A stretch of DNA of 32,712 bases from an uncultured Candidatus Peribacteria bacterium (GCA_964438925.1 CAYTMN010000001.1:9725-42436), one strand, 5' to 3'; positions 1 to 10,024 are shown, numbered from the stretch's first letter. Notes: generated by a model not told the origin, from the sequence alone. Program-made: numbers and translations.

Positions 1-833
1 AAAACGAGCTCTATATCGTGAACTTTTCCGTCAACTTCAAAGCTAAAGAGGTATGTTTCAAACGATGATTGAAGGAGTTTTCTAAAACCATTTTTATATG
101 GTTCATTGAGAAATCATGATACTTCTCCATAGTGCTCCATAGTAACGCTCCTTATGTTAAAATCAAAAAGCGTTTCAATATCACTGAGTCTATTTACGGT
201 AATATTTGAAATTTGTTCTTTTACTTTTCTATGTTCCGCATTGTATTTGATTCTCTTCTTTGAAGGAAATCCAGCATTTATATGCTGTAAATACGCTTCT
301 CCAGACTCGAAAGGGCGTACATCAAGGTCATAGAGTCCCATTTGAAAGTCAAACCCTTCAGGAGCCCAATCTTGCGTGCTCGTAAAGTATACGTACTCGA
401 GGTTTATTGGACTTTCGATTTTTGAAAGAAGAAAGTCTACTACTCCTTCATATCATTTTTTAATAAATACAGGATGTTGTGCTTTTTTGCTGAAAAATGA
501 TTCTAATTTTCCTGTATCTGTATCAAGGTTGAGAGGGATAAGCCCTACAGGAGTTTCTCAAACATATCCTACGAAAAACTGGAGAGAATGATGAAACTCG
601 TTATAAAATGTCATAAGGAAGTCCCAATTTTCAAAAAGTACATCAGGGTTTGCAAAGAGGTTCCATATAGATTTTGCCTCTTCTTTGTCAGTGATGACTT
701 TATGAGTATAGACTTGTGGAGTGTAGTGGATTGTGTGAGTAAAAGGAACTGGTTGTATGGTTATTATTGGATCTTGTGTTGGTTTTTCAAGGATCATAGT
801 TCCTTGATTTCAAGACAAAAATTGATTATTCAT
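1..833 (-). CDS. FemAB/CelD-type GNAT-fold acyltransferase-like protein (3' end lies outside the window)
   Basis: Minus-strand pieces 558..797 and 114..341 share one frame. They join through in-frame TGA (558-560, 114-116), and the frame stays open to position 1. Segments ...FVGYV[G]ETPVGLIPLN... and ...YLFSFEVDGKVHDIEL resemble CelD/BioF2-type GNAT proteins. The start is ATG 831-833 or ATG 795-797. Confidence 0.45.
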
Positions 834-1177
834 AATATAGTTATTAGATAAAAATGTGTTTCTCGGATGATGAGGGGAAATAGTTGCCTGATTTTCTTGT
901 AGTACGATGAGAGAATCTCTCAAAGTAGCTAAAGAAAAGAGGTTTGCATATATGTTTTTTAATAAAATAATGTTGCACAAAAAAAGCTACCTATAAATAC
1001 TTAGGCAACCTATGTTTTTCTTAGTACAGATATAACAACAGAGAGTGATCTCTTTCTTAAAAATGTGTCGGACGTGTCGTCTTCCATATACGTAGTTACT
1101 TATCTGTAGTTAGACATTATAGAGGTTTTTTCCTAAAATCAACTCGTTTTTTACATATTTTGTTTTTCGCTCTATAA

Positions 1178-1210
1178 AAGCAAAAATACCCGTTGCGCTC
1201 GGGTATTTTC
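1178..1210. terminator. Rho-independent hairpin, usable on both strands
   Basis: AAAATACCCG (1183-1192), loop TTGCGCT, CGGGTATTTT (1200-1209). A T-run follows on the plus strand and an A-run precedes it, which is a T-run on the minus strand. It lies 22 nt downstream of the small minus-strand ORF. Confidence 0.6.
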
Positions 1211-1230
1211 AGGGTTAGGCTTTTCTTGTC

Positions 1231-1356
1231 TTACGATAAAATGAGGTCTATTTGTGCGGCAGTAACATCTATTTCATGACACACTTCTATATCTTCACAC
1301 ATAATTTCACCAACAGCAGACGCTGAGTTGGCATCAGCCCATTTATAAAGAGTCAT
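1231..1356 (-). CDS. 41-aa acidic hypothetical small protein
   Basis: ATG 1354-1356 to TAA 1231-1233, encoding MTLYKWADANSASAVGEIMCEDIEVCHEIDVTAAQIDLILS. It has its own promoter-like element upstream and a terminator hairpin downstream. I recognise no homology. Confidence 0.3.
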   Translation of the reverse strand: MTLYKWADANSASAVGEIMCEDIEVCHEIDVTAAQIDLILS

Positions 1357-1389
1357 ATACGTCGAAGGCTAAGATATAAATACCTATAT

Positions 1390-1418
1390 ATTGTACCGTA
1401 CTTTTTTTGTAGTGTAAA
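1390..1418 (-). promoter_or_regulatory. Sigma70-like promoter for the small ORF
   Basis: On the minus strand: TTTACA (1413-1418), 17-nt spacer, TACAAT (1390-1395). It lies about 33 nt upstream of ATG 1356. Confidence 0.4.
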
Positions 1419-1509
1419 AAATTACTATTGGACAAACGCTTCTTTTTTTTCACTCTATAGATTTTTCTTTTTTCTCTTTTTGAATATTGTATGGCATATA
1501 TCTATACAT

Positions 1510-2343
1510 ATGGAAATATTTTGAATCCCTCTTTCGCATTTGCGATACAAAGACTTTTTTGAGATGATTACTGTCGAGAAACAGCATCCTTTTGTTGTAT
1601 TTACACCAAATCCTGAGATACTTCTGATCACTAAAAAGGACTCAGAGTATGCAGATATGTTGCGCAAGGCAGACTTCCTCCTTCCAGATGGAGTAGGACT
1701 CTATCTCGCATACCAAATACTTGATTCAAAAAAATCCCTTCTTTGAGATATATGTTCTTTACCTATGTATATTTATAGACTTTTGAGGCAAAAAAAAGCT
1801 CTATACGAAAAGTATGGAGAGAGAATATGTGGAAGTGATCTCACAAAAGATGTACTTCAGTTTGCAGCTAAAAATAAAAAAGAAATTACAGTAGTGGATC
1901 TGTACAATCCAAAAGATGCAGCGAAAATAGCTTCACAACAAGTTTTTGTAGAGAAAGTTCAGGCAGCATTTCCGTGACTGGTGATTCGATACTATATTTG
2001 GAAAGAAGAGCAAAAAGAAGATATTATAGCGCAGATAAAGAACACTTGAGAGCAATTTTTATTTTCAACACTTGGAATGAAAAGACAAGAGGAAAATATT
2101 GCAGAGATTATGTCCCAATGCCCAAATGTTGTTTTTGGTATTGGAGTTGGAGGATCATTTGACTACTTTACAGGACTACAAAAAAGAGCCCCAGAAAGTT
2201 TTCGTAGGCTTTGATTTGAGTGGTTGTATAGACTCATATATTGACCACAAAAGATAAAAAGAATTCAGAGGCTTTGGAATGCTATAGTTGTGTTTACCTA
2301 TGAAGTACTCAAGGAAAAAGCAAGAAAAAAATCTACTGTATAA
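1510..2343 (+). CDS. WecG/TagA/CpsF-family (GT26) glycosyltransferase
   Basis: Frame-1 pieces (1540..1746, 1765..1977 and onward) are joined only by TGA. Start ATG 1510, stop TAA 2341-2343. Family motifs present: IF[G]NPLS, FTPNPEILL, LLPDGVGL, GVGGSFDYFTGLQKRAPESFRRL[G]FEWLYRL. TGA 2212-2214 falls on the Gly of the G-x-EWLYRL motif. Confidence 0.85.
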
Positions 2344-3550
2344 CAAGGTAAAAATCTCCACCTTTTTCAAAGTGTTTCCCTTCAAAATCAAGAGTGGATA
2401 TTTGTACTCCTATAGGAGCCAATTTTTTGTTTATTACTTTTATTGCTTGAGAAATAATATCTTCTTTCCCAATAAGTCTTTCTAAAGTGAGAGATGGCAT
2501 GAGGAGTCACTTTTCAAAGGAGGCAGGACTTAAGAGCGTCGATAAAATCCAGAGTGCATACGTTTCATCTTGAGTAAAAGTGAGTTGTTCTTTCGTTCCA
2601 CTTTTCTCATCACTAAGAGATATGCTCATCTTACTCTCTCGAGTAAACGTGTATCTATAGCGTATCCTTTTTTGCCTTCCTGTGGGGAAAAGTTCAAGAG
2701 ATTTTTTGCTATATACACTCTCAATACTTACTTCTTCTCCTACCTCTTCTCATGCATCATTTTCTTCTACGTCTCCATCTCAAGCGAGGCATAGCGTATA
2801 GCTCAAAACCCTATTTTTTTCTTTTTGTTTTTTTATAGTAAATCCATGAAGAGAGAGTCTTTCCTTGAGGTTTCCTAGAGCATTTACCATGTTTTGGTAT
2901 GCATCAGGAAAAAGAGCTTTTACGACATCAGCTCAAACAGGCTGTCAAACACTTTTTGATAAAATAGCATACAGTTGCCATACTTTAGATGATGGGTCAT
3001 ACAGTCAAAGGGCGCGTGCATTTGGACTAGTAACAGAACTAGAAGGAGCTACTAGCACCTGTGCTACATCGCCTTTTGCTTTGCTTTGTACTGACTGTGC
3101 TCCAGATCATCTACCTTTTGAAGATGGAGGAGTTTTTTTCGCTACAGGCGTACGTACTACTGTATTGACTGCCTGTCTAGTAGAGTCTACGGCTGCTCAT
3201 CTTGAATTTTGGCGCTTTACTCTCGTTCATTCAGGGAGTGCAGCTTTTGTACTACCATTTGCAGATATATGATAGAGTCCATATCCATTATCAGAGATAA
3301 CCTGATATTCATTACTTGGGAAATTCACTTTTAAGCGAATTCTGAGAGTATTTACCGCTCCACTAAGAGAGTTACGATTGATCCCTAATTTACCCTGTAT
3401 TTCATGGGAGTCTATAGGTTTTCCAAAACTTTCATAGAGCATTTTTAACAGCTTGTAAGGATGTGTTCATGCTCACATTCAATCACTCAGTTGAGCAAAA
3501 GAGGCTCTGTGTTCACTATGAGAACTTGGAGAAGATGAAAGAGGGACCAT
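2333..3550 (-). CDS. DNA-binding protein with two winged-helix (OmpR/CadC-like) units joined by a low-complexity linker
   Basis: The minus frame is open from ATG 3548-3550 to TAG 2333-2335 when TGA is read as Gly (for example 3227-3229). The N-terminal unit is YKLLKMLYESFGKPIDSHEIQGKLGINRNSLSGAVNTLRIRLK...QVISDNGYGLY. The second unit is LYAILSKSVGQPVGADVVKALFP...NALGNLKERLSLHGFTI. Its 3' end overlaps the convergent glycosyltransferase gene by 11 nt. Confidence 0.55.
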
Positions 3551-3631
3551 AAAAAATAGTAAGCATATAAGTAAGTATTATTATTTTATAAAAATTATTT
3601 TTGTCAAATAAAACAATTATTTCTAAAAAAT

Positions 3632-3659
3632 TTGCAAAAGTCTAAAAAGTTATTATAAA
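3632..3659 (+). promoter_or_regulatory. Sigma70-like promoter of the leader-pheA operon
   Basis: TTGCAA (3632-3637), 16-nt spacer, TATAAA (3654-3659). It lies about 24 nt upstream of the leader ATG. Confidence 0.45.
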
Positions 3660-3682
3660 AATACTTACGTAATTTTCTACAG

Positions 3683-3754
3683 ATGAACCAAGCAAGAAAA
3701 TATACTGCATTCTTTTTCTTCTTCTTTTTCTCAAATAAAATGAAGAACTTTTAA
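3683..3754 (+). CDS. pheL: Phe-rich attenuation leader peptide (pheL-like)
   Basis: ATG 3683 to TAA 3752-3754, encoding MNQARKYTAFFFFFFFSNKMKNF. Seven consecutive Phe codons occupy 3710-3730. It sits directly upstream of an alternative-hairpin terminator and of pheA. Confidence 0.7.
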   Translation: MNQARKYTAFFFFFFFSNKMKNF

Positions 3755-3790
3755 AGTACGCATAACTTTATACCCAACCAAGAGTTCTTC
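3742..3790 (+). promoter_or_regulatory. Antiterminator (2:3) helix of the pheA attenuator
   Basis: GAAGAACTTTT (3742-3752, the last leader codons) pairs with AAGAGTTCTTC (3780-3790) for 11 bp including one G-U. The same 3742-3748 segment can instead pair with the Phe codons TTCTTCTTC (3716-3724). Confidence 0.6.
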
Positions 3791-3815
3791 AAACAAACGA
3801 AGAACTCTTTTTTTA
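3780..3815 (+). terminator. Attenuator terminator (3:4 helix plus T-run)
   Basis: AAGAGTTCTTC (3780-3790), loop AAACAAAC, GAAGAACTCTT (3799-3809). The 11-bp stem is perfect and runs into a T7 tract (3808-3814), 19 nt before the pheA ATG. Confidence 0.8.
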
Positions 3816-3833
3816 TACCCTAAACATGATAGT

Positions 3834-5186
3834 ATGACTGGAAATGAAATAATCGGCACAACAGCGTATGGAACTCTTACAGCACAAGATATGTGAGGAG
3901 ATGAAATGACCTGAACTCTTGTGGAAAAATCTCCTTGGGAAGAAGTATCAGTTACTACAAGAGCACTCAGAACTGAAACTTTAGAACAAGTGGAGAGAGT
4001 AATCAATGTGTATTATCAGTGAGAACCTGGAGCTTATAGTCATGGTGTAGCAAAACTCATGTATAAGCAACTTAAAATCACTCAAGAAGGGCAAGAAAGA
4101 GTAGAGAAAATAGATGGAGTATTGAAGACAGTAAGATATAGGATAGGAGAGATAGAATGACTCACAAACTTTGCCGCAGTACATAAAAAAATAAAAGAAG
4201 GACATATAGGAGTACTTCCAGTTGGAAATACGATAGCGGGGCCTGTTTGAGAAAATATGAACTACTTTTACAATACTACAGGAATCAAAGTAGTAGCAGG
4301 AAGATATGAGAGAATCAGGCATATGCTTATGGGGCTTCCGGGAACCGATATATCGCAGGCGCAGAAAGTTATCTCTCATTGGCAGGCTCTTGCTCAGTGC
4401 GAAGGAACGATGCGTGAAATGTGACTCTCAACAGAAGACTATTGAGATACTGCAGGTGCAGCAAAACATATCAGTGAAACACAAGATGTCACAAAACTTG
4501 CTATAGCTTCTGCTGATGCAGCAGAGAGGTATGGACTTGAAATAAAGAGAGAAAATGTCCAAGATAATCCAAAAAATAGAACAAAATTTCTTGTTATAGC
4601 AAATGAAGAGGCTCCAGTAGAGTGCTTAAAACAACCAAATAGAACTATCGTCGCTCTTCATGTATCTGAAGGTTCAGGAAGTCTCGATAAATTTCTCAAT
4701 ATTTTGTCACTTTTTCGAGTAAACTCTACAGAAATACACAGCTCAGTGGTTACAGGAAAAAACGAAGATCTTTCATATAACATCTTTTTGGAAATAGAAG
4801 GGACCCAAGAAGATGAAGAAATACAACTTGCGCTTCTCGCAGTGAGTAACCAAAAGATACGATCGATACTTTCAAACCCAATCGTTGCTCATATAACGGC
4901 ATATCTTTGAGATGGAGATAAGTGTTTAGGACTCAAAGAGCTTTGAAAGGGAAGTATTCTTCAAGCACTTTCAGCTCTTAGTAATCCAAATATTGGGATA
5001 TTTTTTACAGGGAAGAGCGTAAGATATGTCTCAGAAAACATGCAACAACAAACTCAAGAATTACAAGAACGTATTGCTGCAATAAATGGTCATGGAAATG
5101 AACTAAAAATAGGAGAAGATATTAGTATCGTATGAACGTATTTTTACAACGAATTAAAAAAAGAAGGAGAAGAGATAAAATCTTAA
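3834..5186 (+). CDS. pheA: Prephenate dehydratase (PDT plus ACT domains) with a C-terminal extension of about 90 aa
   Basis: The frame is open 3834..5186 with only TGA interruptions. PDT motifs: VYYQ[G]EPGAYSH, GVLPVGNTIAGPV, ISHWQALAQC, [G]DTAGAAK, NRTKFLVI. ACT-like segment: SGSLDKFLNILSLFRVNSTEIHSS...YNIFLEIEG. Stop TAA 5184-5186. Confidence 0.8.
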
Positions 5187-5249
5187 AACTTTTTGATTTT
5201 TCAAAGAAACCACTAGACTACGCGTATAATATAGCTTAAAAATATTTGC

Positions 5250-6203
5250 GTGAATATTCTCCTTTTTTGAACTTGAGCTTTTGGGTTTGCAATGTTAAAA
5301 CATATTGGTGATAGGGAAGACATCGTTTGACTCTACGCAACAGATAAAGATGAATTCAGTATCAATTTTCTCAAAAAATTTCGTAGGCATCCATATTTCT
5401 TTGAAGGAGTAAAAGTATCGGAAAAGATTATTTTTACGACACATCCAAAAGATATTATTCCTTCTGTAGATATTATCATTATCGCAGTACCAAGCCAAAG
5501 AGTTGTAGATTTGATTGCGGAGATAAAACCACAACTAAAAAAGTGAGTGATTCTTCTAAACCTTGCAAAAGGGATTAACAATGAAACACTGGAAACTATA
5601 GGTGAAGGTATCAAAAAACTTCTCAAAAAGTTTCCACACTATTATGGTGTACTTTCATGATGAATGATCGCACAAGAACTCGTAAATGATGCCCCTCTTG
5701 GAGCCGATATAGGTATAGTTGATGCACAAATGTGAGAAAAACTTAAAAATATTTTTCAGTATAAAAACCTAGAGGTACATATAGTAAACCATGGGATAAA
5801 AAACATAGAGCTCTATGGGGCTCTAAAAAACGTTATGTCTATCGTCCTGTGATACCACGAAGGAAAATGATACGCATCTTCAACTCTCGGATACTATACT
5901 TGTAACCTCTTAAAAGAAACAAGAGGTATTATCAAGCTCCTTTGAGGAGAAGATGACTTAGAGTTTGATAACTATTCATTTTGAGGTGATATCATTGCAT
6001 CTTGTTTCTGAGACTCAAGAAATAAGTATTTTGGAAAACTTCTCTGAAGTGGAAAAACCGTAGAGGAAGCACTAGAAATGCTAGCAAAAGAGAAAAAAAG
6101 AGCAGAGTGATTTGAGACCCTCAAAGGGATAAAAAAACTTTTAGCAAAAAAGAAAACCGGATTTCCTCTTATCCGTGAGATTATTCGTATAACCCTTCCA
6201 TAA
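5250..6203 (+). CDS. gpsA: NAD(P)H-dependent glycerol-3-phosphate dehydrogenase
   Basis: Start GTG 5250. The N-terminus NILLF[G]T[G]AFGFAML is a Rossmann GxGxxG in which the first two glycines are TGA (5268-5270, 5274-5276). Other family motifs: IIIAVPSQ, LNLAKGI, VLS[G][G] (tandem TGA 5658-5663), ALKNV, CF[G]DSRN. Stop TAA 6201-6203. Confidence 0.85.
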
Positions 6204-6205
6204 CT

Positions 6206-6856
6206 ATGAATCAAGTAGTACAAGACAAGATGATGCGCCAGATTATGGTCATTAAAAACGCGGTTATTTTTGCAAATATTGAGAGAGTTTCTGGATTTAT
6301 AGATGTAAGCAATATCAATTTTGAAGATATTCTCCTTCAAAATTATGAGTATATGCAAAGAGGTGTTGCTGAGACAAACTTTGACTATAAACAACCTATT
6401 CCATACGGGATTGTTCGTGATAGAGATACTGGAAAAATCTTTGTATATAAGAGATGAGGAAGTGGGAGTAATGCATGAGATGCAAGACTTCATTCAAAGA
6501 TATCTATAGGAGTGGGATGACACATAGAAAAAGATGATAGAGTATCGGAAAATATTATGGTAGATTGTCTTCTAAGAGAAGTGCAAGAAGAGATGTCTAT
6601 ACCATCTGATATAGTTGAATCTGTAGAACTTATAGGTGGGATAAACGATGATACAAATGAAGTAGGGAAAGTACACTTTTGACTGTGTTATTTAGTAACT
6701 ATACGTGGAGAAAATTTTTCACTTGAAGATGGGGAACTTGAAAAAGGAGAGTTCACAACACTAGAAGACTTAGAGCAGATGATAGTCTCGTGAGAGTTTG
6801 ATGTAGAATCATGGACGAAGATAGCATTTTGACCACTCAAACAATACCTAAAATAA
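6206..6856 (+). CDS. NUDIX-family hydrolase (COG4112/YmaB-like)
   Basis: The ATG is 2 nt after the gpsA stop. The segment ...KR[G]GSGSNA[G]DARLHSKISIGVG[G]HIEKDD...LLREVQEEMSI contains a Nudix-box-like G-x5-E-x7-REVQEE. Stop TAA 6854-6856. Confidence 0.65.
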
Positions 6857-6869
6857 GAGATTGTGTCTA

Positions 6870-6899
6870 AAGTACCTGAGAAATCAGGTACTTTTTTAT
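6870..6899 (+). terminator. Rho-independent terminator of the pheA-gpsA-NUDIX operon
   Basis: AAGTACCTGA (6870-6879), GAAA loop, TCAGGTACTT (6884-6893), followed by a T-run. Confidence 0.8.
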
Positions 6900-6955
6900 T
6901 GGTTATAAACACATTTATATGGGAAAAAGTTATTTACTTTTTTCAAAAAACTTGT

Positions 6956-6983
6956 TTGACAAAAAAATGACTCAGTCTATAAT
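6956..6983 (+). promoter_or_regulatory. Near-consensus sigma70 promoter of the 984-aa ORF
   Basis: TTGACA (6956-6961), 16-nt spacer, TATAAT (6978-6983). A second TTGACA lies about 45 nt downstream. Confidence 0.55.
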
Positions 6984-7038
6984 CGCCAGAAGTCTTTGTT
7001 TATTGACAATAAACATTTTATATATTTAATATATTTTT

Positions 7039-9993
7039 ATGCAGCAGCGCGTAGCTCCAGAGAGTCTAAAGCTCTCTTTGTGGAACATAGAATTTAGAGG
7101 AAATAGTGTGTTTTTTTGAGGAAAGATTCTCGCAGAAGTTGAAGAGAGTGAAGTAAAACCTCTAAAAGAAATTATCAGACAAGCAGCACTTTTTCAAGAT
7201 ACTGCTTGAGTATGGACTCCTCATATTGCTGCTCAAAAAGCCAAAGACCTTTCAGACTCTATTCAAAAACTCAAAGTATCACTCGTAAGTAAAGGAGCAA
7301 AAGAGATTTTTACTCTTGTTTCAAATGAAACTTTTGCGTGAGTTTCTTTTCCAGTGATTACTGCTACAAAAGATAGTATTGCAGATATTCAAAAGACACC
7401 ATCTGAGTTTACCAAAGAGTCTCAAAAAAGTGCAACGGGCGATGATAAAGCCACTATAAAAGAACATCTAGAGTGAAAAACAAAAGAGGAGCTTATAGCA
7501 AATTTACAACAAATAATAGACTTTATCGTTGTTCCAAAGAACAATACGCAAGCAGGTTCTGTACTTACATGGAGAGCCCATCTTTTAGCTCATAAACTAG
7601 AAAAAGAAGCCTCTTCATCACAAGAAAAGTTTACTCTTGCTCTCCAAGTAGAAACTTTCAGAACATATTTTAGACTTCAGTGAAAGACAAGTCATCTTCC
7701 TCACCTACAAGATGATGACACAAGAAAAGCTCGCCTACCAGCACAAGAAGTAACTTCTGCAGCCATAGAAGAAAATCTCGTAAAACATGGAACTCTCGAT
7801 GCAAACGTTCTTGTAGATCTTGTTTCCAGATTTTTACTAGGTATAACGTTTAATCCAGAAATAACCATCAGAGAAATACAGGCAAATCCTGAGTTGAGAA
7901 AGATGTATGAAACACTTACTAGAGTTGCCCTACAGTATAGAAACCAAAAAGAAAATAAACTCAGAGATAAACGTATAGTGGAAAAAGTAGAAGAGTTTCT
8001 TGAAACGCTCGATAGATATCAATACATTTTTGATTCAAAAACTATAAACCTTACTCCAAGAGGGATTGCAAGACAAGGGTTTTTACAAAAACTTAACGAT
8101 GAAACTCCAGAAAGGAACATACGTGATGCACTTTCAAGACTTGAAGCAGATATTGGGACAAGGCATTTTGAGGGTTCACTTTTTGTGGTAAATACACTTA
8201 TACAAAAGGCTGCAGAAGTTTCAATGTCATTTGAAGGACAACAAGAAAGGGTAGATATAGCAAAAGCACAGCACTATGCAAGTGATTTTGTTGTACTTGT
8301 AGTACAAAGCATGATTGAGACTGCAAAAAAACAAAGAAGAGACGAACAAGCTTTTGTACAAAATCTTTCAAGTATCGCTACATATATAGAAACACTTCCA
8401 GAAAGTGAGAAAAAATCTCAAGCTCAAAAACTCCTTGCAGACTTTAGAAAACCATACGATGATGTGCAAGCACAGAAGCAAGCAACAAAAGCTGAAAAAG
8501 AAGCGTCTGAAAAACAAGATAAACAAGAGATTCTTACAAAAGTAGGAAAAACAGTCGACCTCCTCAGAGAAAAACAAGACTTTAGAAGTGCCTATATTAC
8601 TGAGGTATACATTACTATATATACTGCTATCCAAAAGTATTTTTCCGATGAAGACTTTGTAGCACAATTATCGTATTTTGAAAGACGACTGTGAATGGAA
8701 TATCAACATGTAGCATATGGGATGGAAGCAACTACAAACTCGTATCCTCATCGCTATGTAGCAAGACAATCACTCCAAATACAGCTCAAAAACTGACTCT
8801 CTCCTGAGATACTTTTAGAAGAAATACAGCTGCATATGATACCACAACTTTCACCATATGAGTCAGTAAAGGGATCAAATTTGTACTATAGAATACTAGA
8901 TGCTCTTGCAGAGCTACAGAAGATATATATGGCAGATAAGCAAACTATCGCCCAACTTGAAGCTCTAGAAAAACAAGTTGATGAAATGTTGAATTTCAAA
9001 TCACAATTTACTTCAAAACAAGAGTGGGAAAACCATCAAAAAGTACAGTCTTTGAAAAAAGTACTCCCTCAAGAACTTTGAGTAAACTTTTATGATGACC
9101 AAGGAGCGTATTTTAGAATGGTAGAGGATTTTATTTCACAAGCATTTGTTGATAAAGCGGGAATGCAGTCAGAAGCGTACCTGAGAGCTCTTGCACTCAT
9201 AGAACTCTGAGAAGGGGAAACAGGATATGTAGCCCACTCAGCTTCTGCTAGAAAAAGACTTGAAGCAAGGAAACAAAACTTTATAGCACAAATGCAGGGA
9301 AGAGAAACCTACAGAAAGAACCCTATTCAAGCAACTCCTTCCACAGAGCTACAGACACCAACTCGTTCTATCTTGGGAACTATAGGAGAGAAAGTAGTTT
9401 CTATTTTCTGAAGAGTAACAAGGCAATCTATAGCTCTTGAACAAACTCGTTATACACACTGGACTTTTTCAAGTATGCAAGATGTACAAGACCTAGACAC
9501 TCATATTCGTAGCGATATTGACTGGTACAAACAAAACATTCAAAGAGTGAAAGATATTATTGGAGATATTCAGGCAGCTGTGAAAAAAGAGACTGTGTTT
9601 TCTTGAGGAGCATTTGCAAATATGATAGGTATATTTTATGAGTATTTTCCTGAAAATGAAGAACTTCTCAAGCAAATGAACTGAGCATGAGCTGAACTTG
9701 TGGAGGCACTAAAAAAGGAGTTTTTTAGTATCGTGTATGAGTACAACACATCGTATAACTCTCTTGTTGATGGACCTGAAACAGATGCATATATAGCTCT
9801 TCAAAAACAAAAAATGGAAGAAAGACTCAGTTTTGCTACGAGTCTCCCTGGAAACCTTTTAGAGAGAGAAATCCAGTTGTATGGATGACTTTTGAGGGCA
9901 AAAACATTTGCTGATTATAACGCAATTTGTAAACAACTTGACCTTCCCATTGTCCAAATAGAACCAGTAGAACCTATGAAAATCGCTGCATAA
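7039..9993 (+). CDS. 984-aa hypothetical protein, predicted helical and rich in E/K/Q, with no recognisable domain
   Basis: The frame-1 pieces (7039.., 7894..8694, 8836..9081, 9700..9888) are co-linear and interrupted only by TGA. Start ATG 7039, stop TAA 9991-9993. It has its own promoter and terminator. I saw no signal peptide or TM segment. Confidence 0.7.
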
Positions 9994-10024
9994 AAAAATC
10001 CCCAAAACTTTGGGGATTTTTTTC
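9994..10024. terminator. Bidirectional terminator shared by convergent genes
   Basis: AAATCCCCAAA / TTTGGGGATTT hairpin (about 9996-10019), flanked by an A-run and a T-run. It lies between the 984-aa ORF stop and the secA stop. Confidence 0.8.

Noticed and set aside
2865-3272. 135-aa plus-strand ORF in the locally GC-rich patch.
   Set aside because: The opposite strand is continuous, under code 25, with recognisable winged-helix units on both sides. The plus-strand product (rich in A, T, C, F) has no motif, start context or terminator.
5972-6493. 173-aa minus-strand ORF.
   Set aside because: It is antisense to the 3' end of gpsA and the 5' end of the NUDIX gene. Both of those have clear family motifs, and the antisense product is low-complexity.
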